From positions 576,001-640,000 of the forward strand of contig OZ242029.1 in NCBI GenBank assembly GCA_965205015.1: 64,000 nt of DNA, written 5' to 3'. The notes under the pieces were generated by a model, which saw nothing but the letters and a program-made list of their open reading frames with translations, was not told where the DNA came from and ran no database searches. This DNA comes from Candidatus Poribacteria bacterium. Lineage in GTDB: Bacteria; Poribacteria; WGA-4E; WGA-3G. Positions 30,684 through 41,435 of this stretch are shown one piece after another (the stretch's first letter is position 1; every line of letters starts with the position of its first letter). A program made the position numbers and the translations under genes.

Positions 30684-31421
30684 TTACACACGTGTATGCG
30701 TCAGGGGTTCCCAACCGAGCAGGCGTTTCGCTTTTGAGAGGTTAATCTCTTTCTGTTCATGATCCCCCGCAATAAAGAAAGCATCAAACCCTTCGTGTTC
30801 AACCGAGATAGCCGCGAGATACGCTGTTGCCAAATCTTGCTCGTCCGTCCACCAGATATGCACCGATGAATCCTTGGGTTGGGCATAACGCTCAAGCCAC
30901 TGTTCCCGCGTAGAGGGACCCGTGATCCGCAGCGCGATAAGCGACATGCCGTGTTCCCGTGAGAAGTATTCGCAGACCTGCTCGCCGAAACCCTTGGTTA
31001 ACCCATAGACACCGGGATTATCGCGCGGCACGACATCCTCATACGGAAAATTGTTTCGCGTCCGCTCATGCACAGTGAAGGTACTCGTGTAGACAGCGTG
31101 CCGGATCCCCGCTTCCTTCGCGGCGTGTAAGACGATATGCAGCCCCTTCGCGTTCACCTCGTAGTTTGCGACAATGTCGCTGAAATCGGCGACAGAGGAC
31201 CGATCGCTCGTCGGTTGCAGCATTACCATGTAGACGAACGTGTCCATCCCTTTCAACGCTTCCTGAACGATAGCAGGGTCGGTAACGGAGCCTTGGATGT
31301 AATCAATGGATGTATCTTTGGGCGGATTGATGTCAAGGACTCGAAAATTGTGATGGGGCTTCATGTAAGGGAGCGTCATCGTCCCAACGTGTCCCGAACC
31401 CCCTACAAGTAAGACGTTCAT
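30684..31421 (-). CDS. NAD-dependent epimerase/dehydratase family protein
   Basis: VGGSGHVG and YGLTK motifs. Confidence 0.88.
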   Translation of the reverse strand: MNVLLVGGSGHVGTMTLPYMKPHHNFRVLDINPPKDTSIDYIQGSVTDPAIVQEALKGMDTFVYMVMLQPTSDRSSVADFSDIVANYEVNAKGLHIVLHAAKEAGIRHAVYTSTFTVHERTRNNFPYEDVVPRDNPGVYGLTKGFGEQVCEYFSREHGMSLIALRITGPSTREQWLERYAQPKDSSVHIWWTDEQDLATAYLAAISVEHEGFDAFFIAGDHEQKEINLSKAKRLLGWEPLTHTRV

Positions 31422-31500
31422 TTTTTAACCACGTCCCTTTCTGCTCGCCTGCCTATCCTTGTTGGCAAGCAGTTTCTGGCAACAATTACTAAACTTCATG

Positions 31501-32361
31501 CTATTCCTGATACGCATAGGCACGGTGCTGAATCCGTAGATCGAAGTCGTCTACTGGATCCCATATCGGCATATCCGATGGCACTGTATAACCAAACTGC
31601 TCGGTATCCGAGGAATACGGATTCGTCCGACGTTCGTGGAGGGCGCGTTGATAGAGTTTGCAGCGTTGCGTCAAGAACTCCGACTGCCACCATTTATACC
31701 GTTCGTTCCACTGCGGAGTCCGTTGATCGAAGTAAATCACCCGACGAAGCGTCCCGCTTGTGTTAATTTTACTGCCGTGCAAGACTTTGGTATGGTGGAG
31801 CAGAATGTCCCCAGGTTCAACCTCTGCTGGTACTGCGTCCTCACGTTCAAAATTGACTTCTCCCCTGTCGATAACCTCCTGCGCCTCTTCGATCCCCCAG
31901 AGATGGCTTTTCGGGATGACCCAGACACATCCGTTATCAACAGTCGAGTCATCTATGTAGATGTCAATGTTAAAAATCGGATGATTCTCACGGATGGCAT
32001 TGCCGTCCCGATGCCATCGCACAGAAGAACCGTGTTTCGGGAGTTTAAAGACCAAAGATTCATAGCACGGGATAAAATCGGGTCCGATGATCCGATGCAG
32101 CAGATCCCCTATGAACGGGTGTCCCAAGAGTCGCAGGGAGAATTCGTTCGGGTGCGAGTGTAGATACGTCAGATAGTAAGGAATCCCTTCCGGTCCACGA
32201 TTACACCACGGATCCGCCGGACCGCCCGCCAAAATCTCATCAATCAGTCGTTGACTTTCACGTTGTATAACGGCAAGTTCATCGGATTGGATGACACCTT
32301 TCAGAATGAGATAGCCGTTATCGTTGAAGAATTGAATTTCGTTATCCGTAATTTTCCTCAT
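31501..32361 (-). CDS. Phytanoyl-CoA dioxygenase (PhyH) family protein
   Basis: FFNDNGYL, WHRD, NGCVWVIPKSH, LHGS..N.S...RR. Confidence 0.9.
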   Translation of the reverse strand: MRKITDNEIQFFNDNGYLILKGVIQSDELAVIQRESQRLIDEILAGGPADPWCNRGPEGIPYYLTYLHSHPNEFSLRLLGHPFIGDLLHRIIGPDFIPCYESLVFKLPKHGSSVRWHRDGNAIRENHPIFNIDIYIDDSTVDNGCVWVIPKSHLWGIEEAQEVIDRGEVNFEREDAVPAEVEPGDILLHHTKVLHGSKINTSGTLRRVIYFDQRTPQWNERYKWWQSEFLTQRCKLYQRALHERRTNPYSSDTEQFGYTVPSDMPIWDPVDDFDLRIQHRAYAYQE

Positions 32362-32529
32362 TTTTAATTTTTCCTTGCGGATAAGTATCGGTTGCTTGAA
32401 CTTTTACGTTTTTCGTGTTCGAGTTGAAGAAATCCACAGAAATACCCTATCAAAAACCCCCAGCAAAAACCCTGCGCCGTTGTTGCAGGCTTGGGTAACG
32501 TAGTGAAGTGCAGCCCCAGAGGCGATAAA

Positions 32530-33372
32530 TTAAAAATCACCAATCGCGGCGTGCCACGCCGAAACGAATTCTTGGACAGATTGATATCTGAACTGTTTAT
32601 CTGGATGTGTCGCCTTTTTTGCGACGTGCCATGTGGCACTGTTCCCTTTCCAGTCGTCTTGTGAATCGCTGTTGTTGGCGAGCAATACGAACGCTGTCCT
32701 CGCTAACATAAAGACGTTTGTCCTTTCGTCAATACGTGCACCTTTCTGAAATTCCTCCGGTGCCATGAATCGAGTTGAGCCGTACAACCGTCCTCGGTCG
32801 TTTACAAACGGTGCTGGATGATAATGGTCGAAATCGTAGAGATGTATCCGCTTTTTTTCAAAGTCATAGATAATACAACCGTCGTAAAAGTCTTCAGCGA
32901 TAAACCCCTGTTTTTCAATAAGGATATGGACTTCATAGATGACGTTGAGTGCATCAATTATCTCAGCGGCTGGCAACGCACAAAACCTGTCACGCGGGTG
33001 TATTTCATCGGGACCCAGTTCCCTTTCCGGACGCAGCCCCTCACCATCGACCCAGTCGTAGACCAGTGTAAAGCCGTCGGGTGTAGCGAAAGCGTTGTGC
33101 AATCGAGGGAGTGCCTCGTGCTGGACGGCGGCGTGGAAACGAACAGCCTGCTTGAGCCACGTGATGGTTTGTGGTGTGTTGCCGTGTTTGACGAACCAAC
33201 GTCGGTTGTCCACTACCGCTCGGAAGGATTGACATCTCGAATCGTGCTCAGGAAACCGATACGTGACTTCACCGATCTGCTTCAGGTATGCTTCGATATG
33301 TGTGTCTATCTCCGAAATCTCCAGAAGTGGATGTCGGGTAGGCATTTCGTTTGTCCTCATCCGGCGCGGCAC
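32530..33372 (-). CDS. Serine/threonine protein kinase-like protein
   Basis: FVKH, DFYDG, DFD, GSTRFMAPEE and R.Y.SV.EF motifs. Confidence 0.8.
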   Translation of the reverse strand: MPRRMRTNEMPTRHPLLEISEIDTHIEAYLKQIGEVTYRFPEHDSRCQSFRAVVDNRRWFVKHGNTPQTITWLKQAVRFHAAVQHEALPRLHNAFATPDGFTLVYDWVDGEGLRPERELGPDEIHPRDRFCALPAAEIIDALNVIYEVHILIEKQGFIAEDFYDGCIIYDFEKKRIHLYDFDHYHPAPFVNDRGRLYGSTRFMAPEEFQKGARIDERTNVFMLARTAFVLLANNSDSQDDWKGNSATWHVAKKATHPDKQFRYQSVQEFVSAWHAAIGDF

Positions 33373-33504
33373 AGCTGCTTTCTACCTGCCTTGCGTCGGT
33401 TTTGTGGGGTTGGGATAATAGTATACACCAAAATCGAAGAAAAGTCACGTTTTTTTCAACGCCACTCAAATGCGTTGTATCTCGTATGACTCTTCTTGAG
33501 CATG

Positions 33505-35493
33505 CTACAGATAGGAGGTCAGATCCCAGAGGTAGATCGCGCCATCATGTCCACCGCTTACGAGAAGGGTACCATCTTGCGAGAAGACGAAACACTGAAC
33601 ATCGGTCGTGTGTCCCCAGAAGGTAGCCATATTTTCACCAGTCGCGACTTCCCATAAACGGATAGGCACCCTTTGCAAACCCGGCTGCCACCAAGCACCG
33701 GAGGCTAAATATTGTCCACACGGCGAAAAGCATAACGTAATCGGTCTCTGACTTCCTTCAGGCTGCGGGAGCGTCATGAGGATTTTTCCATCCGTTGCGT
33801 CCCACAAAACAATCTCACCCCACTTGCCACCGGCAATTATGTTTCCACACGGTGAAAACGCGATGCCCGTGTCGTACTCGCGATAGGTCTCTTTTGTCGG
33901 TGGCGGCGTTAGAAGAAGCCGAGTAATCTGTTGTGCCGCATTAACATCCCACAAATAGGCGGTACAATCTCGTGATATACTTGCAAGCCGTTCCCCATCT
34001 GGGCTAAATGCCATCCCTACAACATGCTGCCTCGAAAATCCGGTCTGATTAGCAGGGACTGCATGCCCTACGAGCGTGGTATGTTTTTTCCAATTTTCGT
34101 TCTTATGCGTGTTATCTGATGAAGGTGTAGACTCCCAGACATGAATGTCGCTTTTTCTGTCAACACCCGCGAGGCGATAGCCGTTAGGTGCAAATGCTTC
34201 AGCACGCAACAGTCCCGCCTCCGGTTTAGCAAGTTTAGCGATCGGTTCACTATGTCCGACCTCCCATATTTTCAATGTGGTCTCGTCAACACTTGTAGAA
34301 ATAATTTTCCCGCTATCAGATAGATACACGTTATGGAAAGTCCCAGGCAATTTCTCGCCGTCGGGACGGTACGAACGCTTACTCGCGACACCCCATAAGA
34401 GGACGTTATCCCGCCAAAATCCAGCAGCAAGCGTCTTTTCGTCTGCCGAGATCACTAACGTATCCATCGTCGGGATATGTCCATGAAGGGTTGAAAGGGT
34501 ATGGGAGTCAGAGTTATCACCTTTCGTCCAGATTCGGATTTCACTGGGGCTTGCAACCGCTAATTGTTTCCCAGTCTCTGAGAAACGCGCCTTTCTGCTA
34601 TTTCCCCGATGCCCAAACTCATCAAGTTTTTCGTGCTGCTCTACGTTCCAAACCTCAACCTTTCGCTTAGAAACTCCAGCAGCAATCAGTTCCCCCTCTG
34701 GTGCGTAATATGGAAACATCTGGGCATCTCCAGAGTCGGTATAAGTTGCTGATAGTTGCCCGCTCTCCAGATCCCAAACACGGATCGTTCCATCTGAACT
34801 CCCCGCAGCAAGGTACCTTCCATCAGGTGAGAAGCAGAAGTTTTCCATCTTCTCGGGATATTCCGTGAAGCAATTGATTTGTTCTCCCGTTTCCACGTGC
34901 CATATTACAATGGATTCGGTGTCAGAATCTTGATCGTGTTTCCTACTTGCCAACAACCTCATATCGGAGGAAAATTGGAACCGGTAATGACGAACAACAT
35001 TATAAGTCTCACCGATTTGGGTTTCACTGAGTTGCGTCCCGGTGTGCGCACACCAAATGTAAATTTTCCCATTCCTCTGATAACTAACCGCAGCAATGCG
35101 CTGTCCGTCTTGGGAGAAGACAGGTTTAGAAATATCATGTCTGCTGGAATTACCTATCTCGGCTACGCAAATACCGCGTTCAATATCCCATACCTTTACA
35201 GTTTCAACAAAAGTGTGCGTGACAATCCGCTGACTATCGGGTGAAAAGGTCACACTGCTGGTCATCCCACGTTCGGTATCCCATAGTGCAATCGGGGATA
35301 GCGTCGGAAGTTCATATAACCAGAGTCCAATTGATGTGCCGACCGCGAAGTACTGCCCGTCCGGTGAGAATGCCGTATCACAAACGTCGCCCTGTCCCAA
35401 CCGAGCAATTGCGCCTTCGGGGAGTGCCCAAGTCGTCACGTCCGCTCCGTTTGTGTTAACTCCCTTAGCGTCTAAAGGCTTTTTATTTTTCAT
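33505..35493 (-). CDS. WD40-repeat protein
   Basis: LPEGAIARLGQG start, multiple FSPDG..LA..WD repeats, GHTTDVQCFVFS. Confidence 0.9.
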   Translation of the reverse strand: MKNKKPLDAKGVNTNGADVTTWALPEGAIARLGQGDVCDTAFSPDGQYFAVGTSIGLWLYELPTLSPIALWDTERGMTSSVTFSPDSQRIVTHTFVETVKVWDIERGICVAEIGNSSRHDISKPVFSQDGQRIAAVSYQRNGKIYIWCAHTGTQLSETQIGETYNVVRHYRFQFSSDMRLLASRKHDQDSDTESIVIWHVETGEQINCFTEYPEKMENFCFSPDGRYLAAGSSDGTIRVWDLESGQLSATYTDSGDAQMFPYYAPEGELIAAGVSKRKVEVWNVEQHEKLDEFGHRGNSRKARFSETGKQLAVASPSEIRIWTKGDNSDSHTLSTLHGHIPTMDTLVISADEKTLAAGFWRDNVLLWGVASKRSYRPDGEKLPGTFHNVYLSDSGKIISTSVDETTLKIWEVGHSEPIAKLAKPEAGLLRAEAFAPNGYRLAGVDRKSDIHVWESTPSSDNTHKNENWKKHTTLVGHAVPANQTGFSRQHVVGMAFSPDGERLASISRDCTAYLWDVNAAQQITRLLLTPPPTKETYREYDTGIAFSPCGNIIAGGKWGEIVLWDATDGKILMTLPQPEGSQRPITLCFSPCGQYLASGAWWQPGLQRVPIRLWEVATGENMATFWGHTTDVQCFVFSQDGTLLVSGGHDGAIYLWDLTSYL

Positions 35494-35713
35494 CAGAATC
35501 CCTGCGGAATGCTCGCAATTTGTAAATCGGGAGCAAGTTTGTTATTCATAAAAACTGACAACTGACAACTGATAACGTCTAACAATTATCTGCTTGCAAG
35601 CTTTGCGGAAATAGTATATCATATACGTGTCAAAATTTAATCCCTTTTTGCCGCTTAGAAAACGAAAAAATTATGTAACACAGCGTGCTACAAAAGAAAC
35701 AGGAAACCTCTTT

Positions 35714-36208
35714 ATGCGACATAACCTCTTCGTCCCGAACAAAATGCCTTATGCCAAAGGAAAAAACCGTCCAGATGTACCGTGTATCCTGTGCGCAATT
35801 GTCGAGAAAAACGATAAAGTCCAACGCCTTGAGGTCCATCGAACCGAATGCTTTACCATCTCGCTTAATCTCTACCCTTACAGTCCAGGACACCTCCTAA
35901 TTTTTCCGAATCGGCATGTGCTTGACGTACGGGAGTTGAATCAGGAAGAGGTTCAAGAACTCCACGAACTTCAATGCCTCTGTTTCGAGGCATTGACATG
36001 CGCTTATCAGCCCCGCGGCTTCAACGTCGGGTATAACATGGGGGATGCCTCCGGCGCGAGCATTCCGCATTTTCATCTGCACGTTGTCCCTCGATACCCG
36101 CGTGAATTGGGATTCATGGACGTCATCGGCGGGGCGCGTATCATCATCGAAGATCCAAACGCTACGCAGGAGAAACTTGTACAGATATTCCAGAAACTGA
36201 CAGTATAG
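35714..36208 (+). CDS. HIT-family hydrolase (Ap4A phosphorylase-like)
   Basis: CILC, LNLYPYSPGH, GFNVGYN.G..GASI.HFHLHVVPR. Confidence 0.9.
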   Translation: MRHNLFVPNKMPYAKGKNRPDVPCILCAIVEKNDKVQRLEVHRTECFTISLNLYPYSPGHLLIFPNRHVLDVRELNQEEVQELHELQCLCFEALTCAYQPRGFNVGYNMGDASGASIPHFHLHVVPRYPRELGFMDVIGGARIIIEDPNATQEKLVQIFQKLTV

Positions 36209-36410
36209 TTCTTAGTTGTCCGAAAGTTTTAAAGTCGGTAAAGTGTTCTAAAGTGCCTAAAGTTGTAAGAGGCGCTTTGACCTTCCAAACGGAAACCCTT
36301 GCAACTTCCCAACTTTAGTACACTTGCAAACTTCCCTACTACTGATGGAAACCTCTTAACTGAAAACCGATAACTGAAAACTGACAACTATTCAAGAAAG
36401 GAAACATAGA

Positions 36411-37625
36411 ATGAGCACTCCCGCTTATGATCTCTTAGCTGAAACGTTAGAAAAACAGGGAATTCAGGTCGAGGCTATCAAAGCCCATCTCAAGGAACAA
36501 CACATCGAAACGCCGTCATGGGGTTACGGTAATTCCGGCACTCGGTTCGGTGTCTTTGAACAACCCGGCGCAGCCCGAAATGCCGCCGAACGTCTGGAAG
36601 ACGCCGCCACCGTCCATCGTTTCACCGGTATCGCTCCCACCGTCGCACTCCACATCCCCTGGGACAAGACGGACGATTGGGGTGCCTTGAAACAGTACGC
36701 CGCGGATGTCGGTATCGGCATCGGTGCCATCAATCCGAACGTCTTCCAGGATCAGGCGTATAAACTCGGAAGCGTCTGCAACCCAGATGCCGCTATCCGT
36801 CGACTCGCCATCGATCACATGCTCGAGTGTGTCGATATCATGGAGAAAACCGGCTCCGATCTGCTGAGTTTGTGGTTCGCAGACGGGACGAACTTTCCCG
36901 GACAGTCGAACTTCAGGAAACGCAAAAAGTGGATGGAGGCGGCGTTAGCCGAGGTCCACGATGCACTGCCAGATGCCACCCGTATGCTCATCGAGTACAA
37001 GTTCTTTGAACCCGCATTCTATCATACCGATTTAGCGGATTGGGGCACCGCCTACCTCTTGGCAACGAAACTCGGTGAGAAAGCGCAAGTCCTCATCGAC
37101 TTGGGACACCACCCCCAAGGCACGAATATTGAGTTCATCGTCGCCTACCTGATTGATGAAGGCAAACTCGGTGGGTTCCATTTCAACTGTCGGAAATACG
37201 CAGACGACGATCTGACGGTAGGTTCTATCAACCCACAGGAACTCTTCCTGATTTATACTGAACTGGTCGCCGCTGAACTCGACCCCGACACGGAAACCGA
37301 CATCGCTTACATGATCGATCAGAGCCATAACCTGAAACCGAAGGTGGAAGCGAGTATCCAGTCCGTGTGCAATCTGCAGAAGGCATACGCAAAAGCACTG
37401 CTCGTTGACCGAGATGCGCTCGCCGCCGCGCAGGATGCCGCCGACCTGGTTGAAGCAGAATCCATCCTCCAACGCGCCTACGAGACGGATGTAAATCCAC
37501 TGGTGGAGCAGGTTCGCTTGGAGATGGGCCGCGATCCTCATCCGCTGACAGCGTATCGGAAGAGTGGCTACTATGAAAAGATTAGTGCTGCGCGTGTCGG
37601 TGGTGAAAGCCAAGGCTGGGCATAA
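36411..37625 (+). CDS. rhaI: L-rhamnose isomerase
   Basis: [46 protein letters not shown]. Confidence 0.9.
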   Translation: MSTPAYDLLAETLEKQGIQVEAIKAHLKEQHIETPSWGYGNSGTRFGVFEQPGAARNAAERLEDAATVHRFTGIAPTVALHIPWDKTDDWGALKQYAADVGIGIGAINPNVFQDQAYKLGSVCNPDAAIRRLAIDHMLECVDIMEKTGSDLLSLWFADGTNFPGQSNFRKRKKWMEAALAEVHDALPDATRMLIEYKFFEPAFYHTDLADWGTAYLLATKLGEKAQVLIDLGHHPQGTNIEFIVAYLIDEGKLGGFHFNCRKYADDDLTVGSINPQELFLIYTELVAAELDPDTETDIAYMIDQSHNLKPKVEASIQSVCNLQKAYAKALLVDRDALAAAQDAADLVEAESILQRAYETDVNPLVEQVRLEMGRDPHPLTAYRKSGYYEKISAARVGGESQGWA

Positions 37626-37702
37626 GCAGGGTTAGGAACAGTCTCAAACTCGGTAGGCGCGGTTTCTAATCGCGCCTTTCTTATGGAAGATCATCGAAAA
37701 AT

Positions 37703-38647
37703 ATGACCAAGATTAAAATCGGAATTATCGGTTCGGGTGGGATGGCACGGAATCACCTCACACGATTTGCTTCAATTCCAGATGCCGAAATCGTGGCGAT
37801 CGCCTCCAGAAACGAACAGACAGGCACCCAACTCGCCAAAGCACATAAGACAGTCTTTATACCCGAATGGGAGCGTCTGGTTGAACGTGAAGACATAGCG
37901 GGGGTCGTCATCTGCACCCACAACGACAGCCACGGTGAGATGATACTCGCGGCGTTGCGATCAGATAAACACGTTTTCGTGGAGTATCCGCTCGCCAGTG
38001 ATGTTGGTCAAGGAGAAGCGGCACTGCAGCTCGCAGAAAAACGGGGTCGTGTGCTTCGGGTATCGCATCCTGAGGCAGTCTCCAACACGCACAAAGCCCT
38101 CAAGCAAAAAATAGGCGAACTCGGCGATCTGCTGCTCACCTCTTTCGTGCGTCTCACACCGGGGCGCGGTGCGCGTCCTGAGATACTTTTCAATCTGCCG
38201 GTGTCAGGAACCCCCGCCCATTTTTTCATCTATCATATCTATCCGATTGTGGACTTCTTCGGGGGTGCTGCGTCCGTCAAAAGAAACGCCGTCTATGAAG
38301 GATTAAGGGAGAATGGACAATACGACGGGTTTGTCAACACACTCACCGTTGAATTCAAACGCGGCGGTATCGGACAGTGGACCTGGGCAGGTGGTATCGC
38401 CATCAACGCCGCCGAGGAACATGAACGATACGTCCTCACCGAAGGCACGATCAGTGATGCGGGTGGCGAGTGGCACTGCACAACACCTTCTGGCGTGACA
38501 CCGATTCTTATACCGGATTCACCGCAACAGACGCTCCAGGCGTTATGGTTCTCCGAGATCCGAGGGGCTGCTGATCAGCCTCCGAATTTGGAAGAGGCAA
38601 CGATTGCATTAGAGGCAATCCGCATCAGTCTTGGGTTTGAAGAATAA
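37703..38647 (+). CDS. Gfo/Idh/MocA family oxidoreductase
   Basis: IGIIGSGGMA and KHVFVEYP motifs. Confidence 0.85.
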   Translation: MTKIKIGIIGSGGMARNHLTRFASIPDAEIVAIASRNEQTGTQLAKAHKTVFIPEWERLVEREDIAGVVICTHNDSHGEMILAALRSDKHVFVEYPLASDVGQGEAALQLAEKRGRVLRVSHPEAVSNTHKALKQKIGELGDLLLTSFVRLTPGRGARPEILFNLPVSGTPAHFFIYHIYPIVDFFGGAASVKRNAVYEGLRENGQYDGFVNTLTVEFKRGGIGQWTWAGGIAINAAEEHERYVLTEGTISDAGGEWHCTTPSGVTPILIPDSPQQTLQALWFSEIRGAADQPPNLEEATIALEAIRISLGFEE

Positions 38648-38978
38648 GTGTAGGATGGTGGGGATTTTCTGCCGCCAGAGGTTCAATTGAAAGTCTGCAT
38701 CCAAATGCGTTAAGAATGGTTCTAAGCGTATCAATCGTTAAAGCCTTATCGCTTGATAGTTCTTCTGAGAGCGTCTCCGGTTCAGCGTTAATTCTTTTGG
38801 CAAGTGCTGATATGCCCCCCTCCGTCTCAGCAACGGTTCGGAGTGCCAATAGGACAACTCGCGGGTCTCCAAAAGTTTGGTATTCCTCCATAATTGCTTG
38901 GAGATAATCCTTCACTCCTCCCGAATCGGAAGTGAGGCGTTGAATCATATATTCTCGCCATGTTCCCGAATCTCTCAT
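38625..38978 (-). CDS. Addiction-module antidote (HigA/HI1420-like HTH) protein with no adjacent toxin
   Basis: YL.A.ME..GD....LALRTVAE..GGISALAK..TL...LS......TL..IL.A.G..LSI. Confidence 0.75.
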   Translation of the reverse strand: MRDSGTWREYMIQRLTSDSGGVKDYLQAIMEEYQTFGDPRVVLLALRTVAETEGGISALAKRINAEPETLSEELSSDKALTIDTLRTILNAFGCRLSIEPLAAENPHHPTLILQTQD

Positions 38979-38990
38979 CGTTGTGTCTCC

Positions 38991-39797
38991 TTATACCAGT
39001 GTCCGTTGGAACCAGGCAACCGATCTGGCAATCACCGCTTGCTCCCATGCAACCGTATTGAAAGTATGATCGGCTTTATCAACGATCTCAAGTTCCGTCA
39101 AAGCATCGCGCCCGCGCATCAATTCGTAGTAACGTCTGCCGTGGGAGGCGGGCACGACATCATCACCACTACCATGAATCACGAGGAGCGCCCCCGTAAA
39201 CTGCTGAATCAAGATAGAAGGAGATAGGTGAGGGAGTTCTTCATAAAACGCCTTCCCGACGATGTTTGGGTTTAACTGCGCGATTTCCTCCGGGGTCGGC
39301 GTGTTCTTGGCTCTCTCCAAAATTTCGTTTTTCCGGTCTGGCGGATCGTCCGAGAGCGGTGCCCACATCACCGTCGATTTCACACGTGTATCTTGCCCAG
39401 AGACACACGCCGCGACACAGCCCCCCATGCTCAATCCCAAAATGCCGATGCGTTCAGGGTCTACCCCTTGCATAGCGGTAAGCACATCAATTGACTTGAC
39501 GGCATCCGAAATCTCGCCACCGATCGTCATTTCCGAGAAGTCGCCGGCACTGTCCCCGGAACCCCGAAAATCGAAGCGGAGCACATAGAACCCGATAGCG
39601 GCAAGTTCTCGGGCAGTTTTGACGAATATTCTGTGCGGTTCAACCTTCGTTCCCGTGAATCCGTGAAAAAAGGCAACTGCTGGACCCGGTGTTTCGTAAC
39701 CTGTTGGTGAATGCAGTATCCCGTTTATCTGCTGTCCTTGATTGTAAAATACGATCGGTCTTTCCATCATATCCTTCTTTTCCTTAGTGAGGTTCAC
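38991..39797 (-). CDS. Alpha/beta fold hydrolase
   Basis: HGFTG, FDFRGSGDS, GLSMGG nucleophile, HG..D..V and ADHTF. Confidence 0.9.
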   Translation of the reverse strand: MNLTKEKKDMMERPIVFYNQGQQINGILHSPTGYETPGPAVAFFHGFTGTKVEPHRIFVKTARELAAIGFYVLRFDFRGSGDSAGDFSEMTIGGEISDAVKSIDVLTAMQGVDPERIGILGLSMGGCVAACVSGQDTRVKSTVMWAPLSDDPPDRKNEILERAKNTPTPEEIAQLNPNIVGKAFYEELPHLSPSILIQQFTGALLVIHGSGDDVVPASHGRRYYELMRGRDALTELEIVDKADHTFNTVAWEQAVIARSVAWFQRTLV

Positions 39798-40055
39798 TCT
39801 CCATTTGACGCCAAAGCCCTCTGGAAATCCTCTGGACTTTCTGCTAAGATTGCAGCGCGATGCAGCTGCTTAAGGCGTTGGGGATCCTCAATTGTTTCTA
39901 ATACCGGTCTGAAAGTACGCGCCACATCCGGCTGTAATCGAAGCTCCAATGCTTCAAGGATATCCTCACGCGCGCGTTCTTTCATACCTTGTTCAAGTCC
40001 CTGTTCAAGTCCCTGTTGGTGTGCTTCCGCTGTTGCTTTCTCCGTCCAGTATTCG

Positions 40056-40220
40056 GTGATAGCACCCACAACCTAAAGGTTGGGGCTTCGGTTTCATAGC
40101 AACTGCGGTTTTCTCTAAGAGTCCACCGTCTAACTGTCGCTCCACCTGCGGGCATTTCCCTGATACTCTGAAATAGGTGAGCATCAGGCACATCGTCAAG
40201 TGACGGCTATCCCTGCCCGC
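40056..40220 (-). ncRNA. TnpB omega-RNA (reRNA) scaffold overlapping the tnpB 3' end
   Basis: Located at the right end, with stems GCGGGCA/TGCCCGC and the terminal hairpin. Conserved with 18383-18537. Confidence 0.75.
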
Positions 40221-41308
40221 AATATGTTTATCGCAGCGTTGATGTCCCTATCGTGGTGTGAACCACAGTCAGGACACGTCCACTGCCTATCAGAGAGTGA
40301 AAGATTTTCGTTTTTGTAGCCACAATCGGAACACGGTTTGGTTGTCGCAGTCCATTGACCGACCTGTTTCAAAAGACGCTTATGTTTGCTACACTTATAC
40401 TTCAATATCTCAACAAACTGGTAGAAAGCAAGGTCGGAGACTTTGCGTCCCCAAAGCCGTTTCATGCCATCAAGGTTCAAGGTCTCAATGGCAATAGTAT
40501 CAAAACGCTTACAAAGTTCAGAGGCAAGCTGCCAATGAAAGTCTTTGCGTTGATTAGAAACTTTACGGTGAAGTCGTGCCAATGCTCTGACACACCGCCA
40601 CCAGCCGTTAGAACCTTTCTGTTTACGGCTCAAGTCTTTGTTGAGTGCGCGAAGTTTCTTCAAGGAGTGTTTCAAAGGTTGGCGGTGTTGCTTCTTCTCA
40701 CCCGTGCTCAGGGTCAAGTAAGCGTCTTTCATGCCGAAGTCTGCCCCAACGCTTTCACCTGTTGTCGGCAGACGTTTCATATCCGTGTCGTCTGTAGTTA
40801 TGCAAAGCCAATAGTCACCGCAGGCATCACGCTTTATCGTGATATGCCGAATACAACCGTGCCACTGCCGGTGTTTGTGAAAAGTATAAGGCACGCGGTC
40901 AAAACGCCATTTACCTTTTTCCCATTTCCGGAAGGATATTGTAACTCGGTTGTCTTTGAGTTTCCAACCGGCGGGTCCCGGAAAGGTAATAGACTTAAAC
41001 TTGTTCCTACGTTTGATTTTCGGTCTACCGCCTATTTTGTCGAAGAACCGCTCATATGCATTATCAATACGCATCAACTCTTGTTGAACCGCTTGGCTCG
41101 GCAGGGACCTCCAATGCGGGTGCGTCGTCCGCTTGAGTTCTCTAAAGTGGTGATCCATAGCGTTATAGTTCGCATATGGCAGCCCGTCTTTATATCGCTG
41201 ACGGTGCCACTTATGGAAGTATTCATGCACTTGCCACATATCATCAAGCAGATTGCCGATGCGAATACAATTCGATTGGTGACCGAACGGATATTTATAG
41301 GTTTTCAT
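40196..41308 (-). CDS. tnpB: RNA-guided endonuclease TnpB
   Basis: RuvC-I GADFG, RuvC-II IETL, zinc finger CSDC..CPDC and RuvC-III HDRDINAA. The catalytic D-E-D is intact. Confidence 0.95.
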   Translation of the reverse strand: MKTYKYPFGHQSNCIRIGNLLDDMWQVHEYFHKWHRQRYKDGLPYANYNAMDHHFRELKRTTHPHWRSLPSQAVQQELMRIDNAYERFFDKIGGRPKIKRRNKFKSITFPGPAGWKLKDNRVTISFRKWEKGKWRFDRVPYTFHKHRQWHGCIRHITIKRDACGDYWLCITTDDTDMKRLPTTGESVGADFGMKDAYLTLSTGEKKQHRQPLKHSLKKLRALNKDLSRKQKGSNGWWRCVRALARLHRKVSNQRKDFHWQLASELCKRFDTIAIETLNLDGMKRLWGRKVSDLAFYQFVEILKYKCSKHKRLLKQVGQWTATTKPCSDCGYKNENLSLSDRQWTCPDCGSHHDRDINAAINILRAGIAVT

Positions 41309-41319
41309 GGTCTATCAAG

Positions 41320-41400
41320 TATCAAGTCTTTAACCCCTTGTTAGTGGGTAGGCAGGTACATTACCAAGCGGTAATGCTAACAATACCTGCCAACTTGATA
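41320..41400 (-). ncRNA. Pseudoknotted 5'-leader RNA motif, copy A (tnpB leader)
   Basis: TATCAAGT-T-GGCAGGTA-TTGTTAG-CATTACC/GGTAATG-TACCTGCC-T-ACCC-A-CTAACAA-G-GGGT-TAAAG-ACTTGATA. Confidence 0.7.
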
Positions 41401-41406
41401 TTACTA

Positions 41407-41435
41407 ATTATACCACAATTTTAGGTGAAAGTCAA
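41407..41435 (-). promoter_or_regulatory. sigma70-type tnpB promoter
   Basis: TTGACT-17 nt-TATAAT. Confidence 0.75.

Noticed and set aside
40196-41308. Nuclease-dead TnpB (TldR-like repressor)
   Set aside because: All three RuvC catalytic residues and both transposon ends are intact.
40355-41344. 329-aa plus-strand ORF
   Set aside because: Antisense shadow of tnpB with no recognisable motifs.
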